A DNA stretch of 59,085 nucleotides, counting the filler, from Basidiobolus ranarum (lineage: Eukaryota), in the NCBI GenBank assembly GCA_040143965.1. It is 4 parts of 4 records of this genome, joined end to end, with 100 filler letters (N's around TTAATTAATTAA, not from the genome) between each part and the next. Parts side by side here need not be neighbours in the genome. Positions count along the whole stretch, not along the records: positions 14,843 to 29,565 come from JASJQH010007290.1; positions 29,666 to 44,343 come from JASJQH010007291.1; 2 more parts are not named here. One strand, given 5' to 3'. Every line of letters starts with the position of its first letter. Position 1 is the stretch's first letter. The notes under the pieces are model-generated. The model did no database searches. It had not been told where the DNA came from and saw nothing but the letters and a program-made list of their open reading frames with translations. This document shows positions 24,463 to 37,173 of this stretch, one piece after another. Both the position numbers and the translations under genes were made by a program.

Positions 24463-27400
24463 CTAAGTAAATTCCGATTGGGAATAATGGGTGATATCTT
24501 AGTGAAATGTAAGATAATCAAATACTAAGCTATATATGACTATATGGGTGTTTAGGCAATGCTAATTTCAACACAAATTACTTGATTTTCTAATTATTCT
24601 AACTACTTCAACTCACCCTAAATACCTGCAGTAGAAACGTCAAAATTCAGGTCTTGAAGATGAGAATAAAATACTCATCATAATATTGCAAGAGATTTGG
24701 GTTAGTGGAAAGAGTTTTTATGATATGGAATAATTGTGTGTTTGAGAGATAATTCTTGGTTAATTCATGTATCCTAAGTGTATGTTGTAACTTGGGAATA
24801 GCGAAAATTGGCCAGCAATGTTAGCTAACTTAGATATGAAATGTTTAGGTGTATCAGTATAGATAGAACTGATATAATGACGATAATGAACTCTACCATG
24901 AGTTCAATCATATACCAGGTTAACTCAAATGGCTTCGGTACTATATCAATATTGTAATTGGGTGGCAATTAAAGAGTGGATACATGCTGATAGGAAGTTA
25001 GCACAACTCAAAATGCACAAATATCTCGATGTTTGCACCCTTGCCAATAATGAATGTATAGCTTGACTTTCAATTAAAGATACTGCACAAAGTCCTAATT
25101 CCCCACGATCACTTGACTACATAGTCATTAGTAATATGTATTGTCTGTATTTACAGAAAGATGCAAAAAGCCTCCAGATTCTATAGTAATAACATCTGTA
25201 AGCCATTAACAGGATTATGCGCCATAGGCTGAAGTCTCATAATTTGAGGAAACATATCTATCGAATTGTTATTGCCCTGTTTGTAGAAATGATTTGGATT
25301 TCACTTAATCTAGTTGTAGAAAATGTAGAAACCACTGCCTCAATGTTAGCCCAATAACATCCATAGGGTGTACCAATTAAGTATTTGAACCAGTGCTGAA
25401 ACACTCCGCCCTAAAGAAAGATAAAATTCAGTGTTTGTGTTACGGCCAGGTTTAGCGAAAGTTCTTTTCTTAGATTTTTAAAAATCAAAACGATATCAAA
25501 ATCCCTAGTGTTACCCGACTCCTAATCAATGTGAACGTTACTTCAATAACTGAACTGAGCTGGAACAAATCAAAACCTGTTCAAAGTAACTACAATGAAT
25601 CCGATGACTCGGTTTGTGAGAATTTCCCTGTGCTATTTCTCCACAGGTTTGGCTATCATTAAACTCAATTTGAACTCTGGCGATTAGTCATGTTTGAATC
25701 TGGAACACCGTTCGTCGCATTATCACGTATGTTGATTACATAAAAGGCTGTCGTTGGGGGACAACTAAGGCCCAGGTTAAGCAACGAATTCACTCAAAAA
25801 CTAGGAATGTTTAGTTACATCTTAAGTAACTTCAGTAAATAACAAAGTTGTCAATGAGTCGCCTCTTCCAATACTCATTCAATTGCTGTTAGGTCAATTA
25901 CTTGCTTAAGCAAGTAGTCGAGCCCCTCCCTTGACCAATTATATGTATACTTCACCAATTGCGTTATAGACACAAATTGATGCATTGTGTCAGGCAATTT
26001 AACCTTTTACTTGCTTGCTGTAAAGATCTTGTAGATCCAACGACAAATTGGCACCAATGTCAACCGCAATAAACCCAAGGGATCACGATATGTTAAAGTG
26101 AATGAGGGATCTGTTTAACTGTTACGTGATTGAATGATAATACGTGCCACTACCAGCAGTGTCCGACCTTTGATGGTGAAACCATTTTGAGTATATAGCC
26201 TTTTTGGGTATCGGAGATTCTCTTTCAAGAATTAACTTGTTGACTGCCTTCGTTCTTGAATTATGTTGTTACCTGTGCTTGCGTTTCGACAGAATTAAAA
26301 TAGCTTTCCTCGCCTGCAAATTTACACAGAACAATTCAAGAAAACGGCCGAAGAGGCGTCACAATAACTCTTCTTTGGGATATATTAATTGAAGAATATG
26401 CGCCTGCAGGTACGTGTTATAGCTTTATACCGCTTATTTGTCTCGGCAATTGTCTTCACTCGTAATATCCAAGAGACTTGGTAGTGTACACCAACAAGTT
26501 GAGCTGTAAATAATCGGAGCTTTGAGTGGAGATATGACTGATTTAGGCTGTGGGAAAGTTCGTCAATTCAAAGAATCAATACTGAAGAAATTCCATGAAG
26601 ATTCATCGTTTTACGTCAACAAGTCTTAGACCTCAGTGATTTGGCCAGTAATGCAGATCTACTGCCAAACAATAGATGGAAACGATGGGGAAACGAGGGT
26701 ATGTTACACCAAATACATTCTCTGATACACTCCGGACCCTTCCATACATGGCAGCCCAAACTCCACAAACTCACTCCATCTTGGACACTTCGACAATTTC
26801 CTTTTGCGTAATAGAAATAGTAAGATTGATGGTACTCACATATAACACAATGTTCCACTGGTTTGGATGTTTTCGGGCTGTAAGTTGCGAAATACACCTC
26901 AGAAAATGCGTTGGAAGGCGAGTGACATACAGAGTAACCTGTTCATGAGGTGTTGATGAACAGTTAAGTACCATGAACCGCATAATGAAGCATTTCCTAT
27001 GCCATCATCATCCAACTATGATTTGGAAATGTAGACTTCGATTCTTTCTAAAGAATGTGACCGTGTGAATCGTCGCATAACTGGTAATTGACCTTGGGTG
27101 ACCTTCATCCTGACTTTTTTGGTTACCTGTGAAAATGACCAATGAAATCTCACCATTTTGACCCCACATTAGCTCTCACATGTCTTCGATGTTTTGGTTT
27201 AATTTGTCATATTTCTCTTGTTTGGTGAAGTAAACCAGGAGTGAGGAAATTGCCTTAGAGTGTGTATGACTTGGATTTAGTTTAAATAAGAGATCTTGCT
27301 AGGTTCCTAAATTTTTATTTGTTTCTTTGTAAAGTACTAGACCTTTTCACCAATCCTCACGCTAGAAGTCGAGCCTCTTCATTCTTTGATACTACTATAG

Positions 27401-27465
27401 GCCTACATCCAACCAACATAGAATTCTAAACGATTATTGAACATTTTGAACCAACGACTTCACAT

Positions 27466-28242
27466 ATGATTAACGAAGTTACGATCCCATACAGACGTGC
27501 TTCAATCGGCATGGCATCTCGGCCATTCAAGTGTGATATTTGCAGTAAAGAGTTCGTAAGACAAGAGCATTTGCAAAGACATAGACGAACTCATACAGGC
27601 GAAAAACCATACTCTTGTTCGCACTCTGGATGTAACAAAAAGTTCTCACGCTCAGATGAACTAACTCGACATATCCGTATTCATAAGAAAATACCAAGTG
27701 TATCAGATCAAAGACCACTTCATATCCATTTGCACACTCCTGCTAATCTTAAACCTCTGACTTTATCTACTCCTATTACGAAACCTTCACCTCACAGTAG
27801 TAGTCAGCTATCTAATACCAAGCCCTCCAAAACAAAACGACCTTATCAAGAGATAAAATTTTCTTCGAACCCTTGTGAACTCCATTTCAATACCATACTC
27901 AGCACACCACCAACTCCAGCATCGGATGGGGATAATTGCAATACTACAGTACCATTTCAAAGTCTAGCTGTATCAAAAGACGAACAACTCTCACCCTCAG
28001 GACCTGAAATCAAAATCCTACGAGAGGAACGAAAGCGAAGACATACCATATCAGAATCCTCACCTCTGCTTTCATCACTACTGAATCCAAATAGCCCCTC
28101 TAAAAACCCACGTCCCATTAACTTGGGTCGTATTTTCCAATCCAATTGTCCAGAGGAACGCACATTACCTCCATTATCGGATTATTCAAATCCGCCACCT
28201 CTTGAAGATAGCACAAGTCACTGGTTGCCTGTATCTCTTTGA
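27466..28242 (+). CDS. CreA/Mig1-like two-finger C2H2 transcription factor
   Basis: [55 protein letters not shown], followed by an S/P-rich tail with LSSLLN and TLPPL. Confidence 0.85.
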   Translation: MINEVTIPYRRASIGMASRPFKCDICSKEFVRQEHLQRHRRTHTGEKPYSCSHSGCNKKFSRSDELTRHIRIHKKIPSVSDQRPLHIHLHTPANLKPLTLSTPITKPSPHSSSQLSNTKPSKTKRPYQEIKFSSNPCELHFNTILSTPPTPASDGDNCNTTVPFQSLAVSKDEQLSPSGPEIKILREERKRRHTISESSPLLSSLLNPNSPSKNPRPINLGRIFQSNCPEERTLPPLSDYSNPPPLEDSTSHWLPVSL

Positions 28243-28463
28243 TAATTATAAAGTCATTCACAGTAATGTCTTTGTGACTATATCATCATTTTAGAATTTA
28301 TCCGTGATGAAGTTCCATGCATTACCATCTGCCTTTATTTCTTGCACATAGAGTTTTGAAGTAGATTGTCAATATATTATTTCTCCCATTTTGGATTATA
28401 TCTTAAGTACTTGACGTTAATGTTAGAAACACCTCCCTACAATGAACCGTTTTAGTTGCTAAT

Positions 28464-28552
28464 TTCTCTAGATTGACAATATTCTAAAACCAACTTCTCT
28501 AGATAATATTCTAAAACCAACTTCTCTAGATTGACAATATTCTAAAACCAAC
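28464..28552. repeat. Tandem repeat, 3 copies of a 31-bp unit (middle copy has a 4-bp deletion)
   Basis: Unit TTCTCTAGATTGACAATATTCTAAAACCAAC. Confidence 0.95.
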
Positions 28553-28758
28553 CGGTTTACACGGATATTAGGATAGAGATGGAAAGTCAGGCATCTGTAT
28601 ATACTGTTGAGAACAAAATGAATCTGTAATCGTTCCCTGCACCAAGCTTAATCTAAATTTCATCCACGTTTACACCGTATCAATGAACAAAAAAATGATG
28701 GCATTCATTGGAATTCAAATAGATTATTTATTCATATTCTGAATATTGGATTAAAAAT

Positions 28759-29565
28759 TTAATCGGACTTGAGGGTTTCCAAGAACTTCTTGTTGGGGGC
28801 AACGTGAAGAGTGGGTTGAGTCTTCTTAGATTTACCCAAGATCTCAGCACGCTTAACAACCTTGGAGTAAGGGTTCAAACGAAGCATGACACCGTTGTTA
28901 CGAAGAGGGTTCTTCTTTTGGGCGATGGAGCGCTTTTGGTGTTTGGTACCAGCAACACGGCAAACAGATTGGATCTCATCGGAGTTGATGATACGGGTAA
29001 CATCAGGGTTGGAGATGATGTGGGCGGGGAGGTCATAGTTCTTCTTCAAGGAAGAAGACTTCTTGTAGGTACCGTAAAGGCTATCCAAGAGTTCGAAAGC
29101 ACCTTGGGTCCAGATGATGAAACGACCGAGATGGGCACCAGGAGCCAATTGAAGAAGGTTAAGACGACGAACGTTAACCAACTCAACACCGGGAAGGTTA
29201 CGGAAAGCACGGACGATACCGTTGTCTTCGTTGTAGACGACGAGAGGACCACGTCTTTGTCTGTGACGACGGTTTCTGAGCTTTCCTTTACCAGCACGGA
29301 TCTTACGGCTGTTGGCAACCTTGACAACATCAGCATAAGCGTTAAGAGCCTTAAGAAGAGCGACAGCGTTCTTGGTCTTGGTGAGGGATTCAACACCGTT
29401 ACCAACAACGAGAGGAATTTCCTCAATTTGTTCAACTCTGTGACCACGAGCCAAAACCAAAGCAGGAATGGCGGAAGCGGCCAAAGCAGAAGCAGTAGCG
29501 AAACGCTTCTGGTTCAAGTTGGTCTTAACATGCCATTTTCTCCAGATCTTGGTAGGTGCGAACAT
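28759..29565 (-). CDS. RPL4: 60S ribosomal protein L4 (uL4), 5' end truncated by contig end
   Basis: [60 protein letters not shown]. Strong codon bias. Confidence 0.97.
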   Translation of the reverse strand: MFAPTKIWRKWHVKTNLNQKRFATASALAASAIPALVLARGHRVEQIEEIPLVVGNGVESLTKTKNAVALLKALNAYADVVKVANSRKIRAGKGKLRNRRHRQRRGPLVVYNEDNGIVRAFRNLPGVELVNVRRLNLLQLAPGAHLGRFIIWTQGAFELLDSLYGTYKKSSSLKKNYDLPAHIISNPDVTRIINSDEIQSVCRVAGTKHQKRSIAQKKNPLRNNGVMLRLNPYSKVVKRAEILGKSKKTQPTLHVAPNKKFLETLKSD

Positions 29566-29665
29566 NNNNNNNNNNNNNNNNNNNNNNNNNNNNNNNNNNN
29601 NNNNNNNNNTTAATTAATTAANNNNNNNNNNNNNNNNNNNNNNNNNNNNNNNNNNNNNNNNNNNN
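29566..29665. other. Artificial contig spacer
   Basis: N-run + TTAATTAATTAA + N-run, 100 bp. Confidence 0.98.
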
Positions 29666-29871
29666 AGTTCTCAAATATATAGATTTTTCAAAGAAGCCCA
29701 AAGTTTGCACACATGTTCCTGGGACCTTCCTTAACACATTCTACACATTAGTTTGTTTACATCTTGACAAAACTATAAATGTTAACTTTCAACTCAATAA
29801 ATCAATAAGTGAAAACCACCAATTTATCTAATTCTCCAAACCACTTCCAACAGGCTCCCAAAATACTTTAA
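29666..29871 (-). repeat. Interspersed repeat, copy 2, at contig edge
   Basis: Reverse-complement match to 24247-24462; abuts the spacer. Confidence 0.85.
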
Positions 29872-30619
29872 CAGTTTATTATGGCAATTTTGGAAATGAA
29901 TTTCTTGTAACTTTTGAGATATGCTGTTATGGCCTGTATCCTTCAGTAATATCAAAATCCAACAATGAGGCCGTATTTTGAATATATGAGCCATGGCCGG
30001 TTCAATTTGAAAGACTCTCAAACTTCAAGCGCAGCCTGTCGAATCCTTATAGAATTTGCATACATCAAACATATATGTTACGATTTAGAGTTAAACTATA
30101 TGATTATAACTAATACTCATTAACTTCACTGTGATATGTGTGACAGGTGGCCAATAATTACGATAACATACGTTTTACAAAGCTTCAGCAAAGTTCACAA
30201 TTCATAATATTGCCTCTGAAGGTAGAGGAAGCTAACGACGATTCCCTAAGGAAGATTAAAGGGAAAAGGCATCTTGAAAGCTGAAACAGGACAATACTTA
30301 CGTGCATGGCTATAATTGCACATGGGAAACCCTGGCTTAAGTAGCCAGCTGAGTGCAGAGATATAGCATTGTGAAAAATTATATGCCAAAAAAATTGAAC
30401 CACCGTGAGCACTAGCAAAACTACAATAAGTGTATCAAAAATAATCAACGTGATGAGGTGTTAGAATGAAAATAAGTTTAGTTGAAATATTACCAGTAGA
30501 GAATAATCAGAATACCACAACAATATCTTCTGCTGCGTAGTTTTATTTTCGGATTTTCTGTCGTTAACATAGTTGCTCTTACTCTAGACTAAAAGCGAGA
30601 TCATAGCCCATATGTTGTT

Positions 30620-30870
30620 AAGGATCTCTTCAATGGTGGGTGATGGCAGTAGTGACGGTAATGCAGGTAATGGCAATGGCAGTGAATTGATGCTTAAAAC
30701 CTTGAAAAGGGTACAAATGGTAACGGTGATGGTAACAAGGATGCTGGTAATAATAATGGTGGTAACACAGTGGGAAAGGTACAAATGGCAGTGATAGTGG
30801 AGACAATGGTAGTAAGCTGGTGCTTATGATATAGGAAAGGGTGGAAATGATCAGGACTATGACAAACACT
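30620..30870 (+). pseudogene. Possible frameshifted remnant of a Gly/Asn-rich repeat protein gene
   Basis: GGT/AAT/GAT-rich codons (GDGSSDGNAGNGNGS; GTNGNGDGNKDAGNNNGGN; GTNGSDSGDNGS) lie in shifting frames; GGTACAAATGG occurs twice. Confidence 0.3.
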
Positions 30871-31713
30871 TTTAACTCAAGATGATTGTATTTATGCTCA
30901 TGCTTTCAGATTTAGATGATTATATTTATTCTCATGTTTTCAGATTTAGATGATTTTCAAAGTAGAGCATATTTAGTGAGCAACTTTATGATAAATTTCC
31001 TAATATTTAAAGTAGTTTTCTCAAATAATTATCTTTCAGCATTTTTGATCACCTCATTGAAAGGAGAATTTTTTTACAACGAATAAGCATGTTAATCCAA
31101 CATGGATTACTGGTGTGTACACCACCACTAGGACACTGAGATATTATTCTTGTAAGCGTTGGTGATTACATGGGTGTTGTGTTATCGCAAATAAACTTGC
31201 AAATTATGACCGAGTAATGTGGATATTTAATGGGAGTTTTGATTATAATGCTTTGCGGTCTATAGACAAGAATATTCTAACTGTTTTATCTAGATTATCA
31301 AAACTGTTGGAATTCTGATAAATAAGAGACAATAGGATGGAATAGTCATATGGTGCAGTAACTTAGGACTGCTATCTATATGCATATACATATAGATGCC
31401 TGTAATATCACTATAAATTGCGATAAACATCATGCTATATAATCCATCTATAGAGTCTATACATTCATGGTCTTCGGCGTACAGATATTTACGTGATTAT
31501 TACAAAGTTCATGCTGTTGATGGGAAACTTCTTTTCATATAAATATAACTTATTCTAGAATAAGCGTATGTAACAGGTAGAAAATTGATATTTATTTGAC
31601 TTATATTTACTAATATTTACTGAATAATACTGTGGGTACCTCTTTTTTAGATGGCTCCTTTGCTTTGAAATTTCAATCCGCATAGCATTGGAAAGATAGG
31701 TATAGTGTATTGT

Positions 31714-32244
31714 TTAGTTATTGTCTGAATCGATGCTTATGCGCTTGATTTTTTCACCTTCATGTTTAGGGATATCGATGGTGAGCACGCCATCCTTGTA
31801 TTTAGCTTTTACTTTGTCAGCATCCACACGACTAGGAAATTGAATATGTCTCTCAAAGTTGGCCTTTACTCTCTCTTTCCTCCAGTATTTCTTATCGTCA
31901 CTAGCTACAACACTCTGTTCACCTTCATTCTTCTCGAGTGGTTTACCTTCTCCGTTTACCTCACTTACGGATTCAAAGTTGCTCTTAAGAACCAGTGTAT
32001 TGTCGTTGGCAAAGGTAATTTCGATATTATCTTTGGATATACCAGGTAGTTCAGCCTCGAGGGTATACCCAGTATTGCTTTCTGAGAGATCAATGACCGG
32101 AGCATAGACACTCTTGAATTGTTCACTGAAGGGAGTAAAGACACCTCTGTTATGTCTAGCAGCCAGGGCGAGTGGCTCCTCCATCATAGCAAGGGTGTGT
32201 CTGAGTTCGGGGATAACGTTGCTGAATACACGGCTAAGACTCAT
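31714..32244 (-). CDS. Small heat-shock protein (HSP20/alpha-crystallin domain)
   Basis: P.IDLSE...Y.LEAELPGISK, YWRKER...FERHIQFP..VD...VKAKYKDGVLTIDIPK. Confidence 0.95.
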   Translation of the reverse strand: MSLSRVFSNVIPELRHTLAMMEEPLALAARHNRGVFTPFSEQFKSVYAPVIDLSESNTGYTLEAELPGISKDNIEITFANDNTLVLKSNFESVSEVNGEGKPLEKNEGEQSVVASDDKKYWRKERVKANFERHIQFPSRVDADKVKAKYKDGVLTIDIPKHEGEKIKRISIDSDNN

Positions 32245-32642
32245 GTTTTTGTTTCTTTAGAGAATAGGTTTATGTGAAAAATGGTTCGGATAGACATGCT
32301 TTTATACTCTTCATATTGTTCTCGTACAATCTAGCAGTATCCTTGACTCTCATGACTTGTCCATATATTCTACCTAGATCTGATAACGAATACGTCTGTC
32401 TATGCTTGCGGATGATTTCATTGTACTACTAATTTCCTTATTTGATATCTACATGAAGGTTCCGGAATAATCGATTACCTCCATTGCGCCAATTTACCAG
32501 TGGCTCAGCACCTTACCAAAATAGGAAGCAGTGACTACTTTCGAGAATTTACGAGAAGGAATGTCAGTCACTGAAAGTTAATATAAATATCCCCAATCTG
32601 TTCACTGAAGAGCACATACAAAATCTACAATTAATCCAAATC
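32245..32642. promoter_or_regulatory. Bidirectional heat-shock promoter with HSEs and opposing TATA boxes
   Basis: Perfect GAAggTTCcgGAA at 32455-32467; TTCgaGAAttTACgaGAA at 32540-32557; TATAAATA near 32582 (+) and TATAAAAG near 32299-32306 (-). Confidence 0.75.
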
Positions 32643-33137
32643 ATGAGTCTCAACCGTGTATTCACTAATGTATTCCCCGAACTTCGACAAGCCCTCGCTA
32701 TGATAGAGGAGCCCTTCGCTGCGGCTGCTAGACATAACGGAGGTGCCTTTACTTCTTTCAGAAGTGTTTACTCTCCAGCCATTGATCTCTCAGAAAGCAA
32801 TACCGGGTATATCCTCGAGGCTGAACTACCTGGTGTATCCAAAGACAAGATTGAAATTGAGTTCACCGATGACAACACATTAGTTTTGAAGAGTAATGTT
32901 GAAGAAACCAATCCCGAAATCAAGAACGAAGGAGAGCAAAGTATTGTTCAGAGTGACGATAAAAAGTACTGGACCAGGGAGCGGGTGGCCTCTAGTTTCG
33001 AGAGAAGAATCAAATTCCCAGGCCGGGTTGACCCTGAAGCCATCAAGGCAAATTATAAAGATGGAATTTTAACCATCGATATTCCCAAGATCGTTACTGA
33101 GCAAAATCAAATTAAAAAGATTGCCATTGATGGTTAA
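32643..33137 (+). CDS. Small heat-shock protein (HSP20), paralogue of the divergent neighbour
   Basis: MSLNRVFTNVFPELR versus MSLSRVFSNVIPELR; alpha-crystallin motifs ending ANYKDGILTIDIPK and an IAI tail motif. Confidence 0.95.
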   Translation: MSLNRVFTNVFPELRQALAMIEEPFAAAARHNGGAFTSFRSVYSPAIDLSESNTGYILEAELPGVSKDKIEIEFTDDNTLVLKSNVEETNPEIKNEGEQSIVQSDDKKYWTRERVASSFERRIKFPGRVDPEAIKANYKDGILTIDIPKIVTEQNQIKKIAIDG

Positions 33138-33357
33138 ATCTTTTCCCATTAAATTTCAAATAAAATCCATTCATTTACCCTTAAAATATAGCATTGTTAT
33201 ATGAGGATTTATTTTCTATGAGATACAATATGAGAGCATGCAAGATGATCGCTTTTGATCGAGATGATGATACCAAAAGTGAATCTACTTAACTCAATAA
33301 ACCAAGGCCAACATGAAATATGTATTGTGAGAATAACTACAAAATGGCCATAGTATT

Positions 33358-34365
33358 CTATATCAGCTCTACTTTTTGCTCTGCAAGTAGATTTTGAATA
33401 GTACAATAACGCAATATAAATATATTATTGACATCCAACACAACCGATGCGCTAAAGATAGTTCATGTCAGTTAGAACGACTTAGAATGTATGAGTCAGG
33501 TCAAATGGGTACGTACTTTTCACTTAATTGAAATTCTCCGATATTTTCTTTGACACGGCAAAACACCGCTCGTTCTAGATCTGGCGGATTAACTATACAT
33601 TTGGGTTAGGTATTGGAGCGCTTTATCTAATAACAAAATAGGAACCTTACTCATGTTAGATGTTCGATTAAGGTCACTAGTTCTATCATCTAGACGCTGC
33701 ATCCACGCCGGTAAGCTATCTAAGCAGGATTTTCGGAAATGAGATTCTAACAAGTCGTGATACCTACATATACAGCAACGAAGGTTAGATCAGTCAACTT
33801 TAAGGGGACCCTATAAGAAGCATTATACATCTGTGCGTAACGAAGTTCAGCATCTGACAGTCTTCCAGCATATTCTTCATTTTTCATAATGTAAAAAATA
33901 TCTTTCTCTATCTAGGGAGGAGTAAATATGAGTAAAAAGAATAGAAAGGGATATTAAGAGTTCCATAAAAAGTATAAAATTTTACTTTGCTGAGACGAGT
34001 TCTCAAGTAACTACGAATTAAGTATTTGACTCGTTCCATTTCCGTTTGATATAACATAGCTATAAAGGCGTTATTCACATTTTGCGTACTTAATTCGTTT
34101 GCTATAGAAGCCTATTTAATGGAAACAAACTTAATACAAAGAGGTCAAGAGTATGTTTGAAAAATAACCTCAAAACACCTACTTGACTTTCCAACAATTC
34201 TATAAGATCTTCAACGATAATCCCTTGAAATGGAAGTAACTCCGGGGCAGATTTTTCATTTAACCAAGCTTGAGTTAACACATGTAAATCTGGATTATCA
34301 GTTTCCTCTGTAAACTCTTGTGTTTCTGCCAAAAGTGAAGAGATATCTGGTTCAGGACTAGTCAT
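33358..34365 (-). CDS. SLD5: GINS complex subunit Sld5 (multi-exon)
   Basis: AWLNEKSAPELLPF; QTEMERVKYLIRSYLRTRLSK/IEK; PDLERAVFCRV; terminal exon IFILRYCTIQNLLAEQKVELI-stop at 33358-33360. Confidence 0.93.
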
Positions 34366-34753
34366 GATTTGAAAGAAGCGTGATTCCCTTCTCCTTCCAA
34401 ATTTTTTGTTATTCGTTTAAACTATTTTGTTTACATTGAAATTTATTTGCTGTGGTAAGAAATGATCATTTGTCCAATGAGTGAGTAATTAAATGGATTA
34501 AGGACGTGGAATCAACAATTATCATTGGATTCTTTCTAATGCTGCTGCCAATAAATAATGAATTAAAAATCATCGATAAACCAATCATATGTGACTCAGG
34601 GTTAGGACTCAACTCACACCGCATACCGATTTTAAAGAATTGTATTAATTGATTTATTTGACTAAATCCAACTTTTGATTGAATCTTTATAGGCTGTATT
34701 GAAATATCATTTAATAATAAGTGAATTCTAGAGACATCAAAGTCAGGTGAATA

Positions 34754-35446
34754 TTATGTTGCAGTAGAGACAGGCAAAGGAACTGTTTCTATTCTGGTGG
34801 AGCATGTGGGTTCAATTGGTCGTAAAATTCTAGTAGATCCGAGGCTCTCTACGTAAGTGAATAGATCTCCATTTACGACACTGATGTCTTCATCTTTTAC
34901 AATGGTTACCATACCCTCGTTTCCAATGGTATGAGTGACTGTAGGTCCTGGTATGATATCCACCATATCTTGAGTACTGAAGCTCTCAATAATTGTAAGG
35001 ATTACTGAGTTTCCCACCGTAGACCCCGTAATTGTATAGTAGTCCAAAACCTCTCCGCTAGAGACTGTATAGGTGGCCACTTCGGAGGGCAGTGTTTCAA
35101 CCGAGATCGTAGCTGGAATGGTTCTTGTGAGGGTTTCCTCTTGAAATGACTGAAAGATGGTGAAATCGGGAACTTTGTAGATACGGGTTGCCCCAGGAAC
35201 AGTCTGGGTTAGATTCGCACGTCCCAAATTAATGGTGTGGGTAGCAGCCGTGGCGCTATATGTACTATTGAAGCCAGATATGACATTGGCGACAGTTTCC
35301 TGTTCCAAGGTCTCAGTGATGGTGGCAGCCGGGATATTCCAAGTCAGTGTTTCCAATGGGTACCTGATAACCGCAGTGGATTGTCCATGGATTAGCACAC
35401 CTGATGAAGCAATCATCAGAATAATAGCGTAGTTGTAGAGAGTCAT
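34754..35446 (-). CDS. Secreted Thr/Val/Ile-rich protein of unknown function
   Basis: Intronless 230-aa ORF with signal-peptide-like N-terminus, upstream TATAAAAG, and internal repeats ETLTWNIPAATITETL / ETLTRTIPATISVETL. Confidence 0.75.
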   Translation of the reverse strand: MTLYNYAIILMIASSGVLIHGQSTAVIRYPLETLTWNIPAATITETLEQETVANVISGFNSTYSATAATHTINLGRANLTQTVPGATRIYKVPDFTIFQSFQEETLTRTIPATISVETLPSEVATYTVSSGEVLDYYTITGSTVGNSVILTIIESFSTQDMVDIIPGPTVTHTIGNEGMVTIVKDEDISVVNGDLFTYVESLGSTRILRPIEPTCSTRIETVPLPVSTAT

Positions 35447-35809
35447 TCTTGGCAGTTGCTTTAATGATTAGAGAGCATAAGTTGCACTTTTATATGGTTC
35501 CTTCAGGTATTGTTGACTGGTAAGTGAGTCTATTTTTATTGCCAAACAACGAAGAAGTTTCAAAAAGAGATGTTAATTTTTGCTACTTCATTAAAGCCCT
35601 TCCAGTTATTGGAAATCCCTCTAATTTCCAACCAAAATAGCCAAAATAAGTCCAATCAGATCTAAACTGGAATGATCAACATTGTCAAGGTGATGCTGGT
35701 AGTAATGCGATGTTTCCAGGGAATTCAAGCTAAGTGGTTGTGAGATGATAGAGAGAATATCTTCTTATTAGTTCAGAGAGGAGGGTTTTAAAAACGGGCC
35801 CATAATATA

Positions 35810-37173
35810 TCAAGCGCTTGGATCATTTCCCTGCATTAAAGATCTTAACGCGGTTGCCCTGCCTTCAAAAAATCTATGCCAACGTAACAATTCATCTGGT
35901 GACAATTGATCTAGCGATTCCTTGAACTTCACCTCATTCATACCCAGGAAGTTGATCATCTCATGGTATTGTTGATTTTGTAAATGATTCCAATCCTTTC
36001 TCCTCCTTTGAATTTTACTCTTGTGCAAAACACTTGGCCTCTCTTTGTTGTGTAGTTTGGCATAGAGACCACACGCATTACAAATCGATTCTCCTTTTTC
36101 ATTCTTACGCCATAGAGGGGTTTGAGTTTGTGAGCAATTAACACATTTCAAATCTACGCCAGGATACACGTTACTCGTCTCCAAATGATTTGTGGATTGA
36201 TGCTTCTCGGAAGATGAGTTGGCGATTGGTGAATCCATTTTTTCCGAATCGAATGATGCTTTGGTTGTTTTCTGATGAATATGGAGTGGGCGATGCGTTT
36301 TATATTGTTTAAAGTAGAGTCCTAGTATAAAAGATAAGATTCAATCGCCATTGGTCTGAGAAGTAAAATAGGATGGAATGACTTACCACATGCATTGCAA
36401 AGAGAATGCTGACGATCAGGCGTGCGTCTCCACAAAGGGGTACTTGTGACACCACAATTATGGCAACATAAATCCCGAGGAAATTTGGATTTGTTACTGG
36501 CGCAATTACGACCACCTTTTGCTTTTCCGGGACTGAAATCCTCGTCATTCTCCATTCTTTCTTTGAAACTGACTGTTTCTGTTTGATTGATGAAAGGTAA
36601 AAAAGTAGTGGGTTTCTCGGATCTGGAGGGTGTCAAAGTTACATGAGAAGTAGATTGTTCTTGAAGCGACATAGTATGTACATGTGGTTTTTTACTCATT
36701 GGGGAAGCTAATCTTTTCAATTGAATCTGGTGTGGATTGGCTTGCATGGTAGTATTATCTTGGAGTTTCGGAGGCTCAATGGTGGATCGAAGTTGGTGAA
36801 GAAACTCGAAATCACTGCTTTCTAATGATTGTACGAAGGTCATGCTGGACGTCTCTGGTGTTGGGTATGTATTAGATTCTTGAAATTGCCCAGGCGACAT
36901 CATCCAGTAGTTTGCATCCGGTGAGATCATTTTCTGGTTCGATTGATGCGAGGAAAAGGCCTCGTAGTGAGGATGGGATGTGCGGCTGGTTTCATTGAAA
37001 TTAGAATACTGTTGATGCTGATGCTGTTGCTGTTGTGTCTGTTGATGTTGTGTCTGTTGATGTTGTGTCTGTTGATGTTGTGTCTGTTGCTGTTGTGTCT
37101 GTTGCTGTTGTGTCTGTTGCTGTTGTGTCTGTTGATACGGCCCTTCATTCAGAGGAAACACAAGATTATTCAT
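35810..37173 (-). CDS. Two-finger GATA transcription factor with poly-Q N-terminus
   Basis: Exon 1 37173-36387, intron 36386-36322 (GTAAGT...TAG), exon 2 36321-35810. Fingers CHNCGVTSTPLWRRTPDRQHSLCNACG/LYFK and CVNCSQTQTPLWRKNEKGESICNACGLYAK. Confidence 0.92.
37030..37135 (-). repeat. Coding 15-bp minisatellite (Q-Q/H-Q-Q-T repeats)
   Basis: (TGTTGTGTCTGTTGM) about 7 copies on the + strand. Confidence 0.9.

Noticed and set aside
26204-26983. Cluster of short ORFs upstream of the CreA-like gene
   Set aside because: No recognisable homology or consistent exon structure.
28464-28552. CRISPR-like array (31-bp repeats); same consideration for 44073-44141 and 58943-59038
   Set aside because: Head-to-tail repeats with no unique spacers, no cas genes, eukaryotic context.
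28804-29613. 269-aa ORF antisense to RPL4, plus alternative-frame ORF 29046-29447
   Set aside because: Shadow ORFs expected from the strong codon bias of a ribosomal protein gene.
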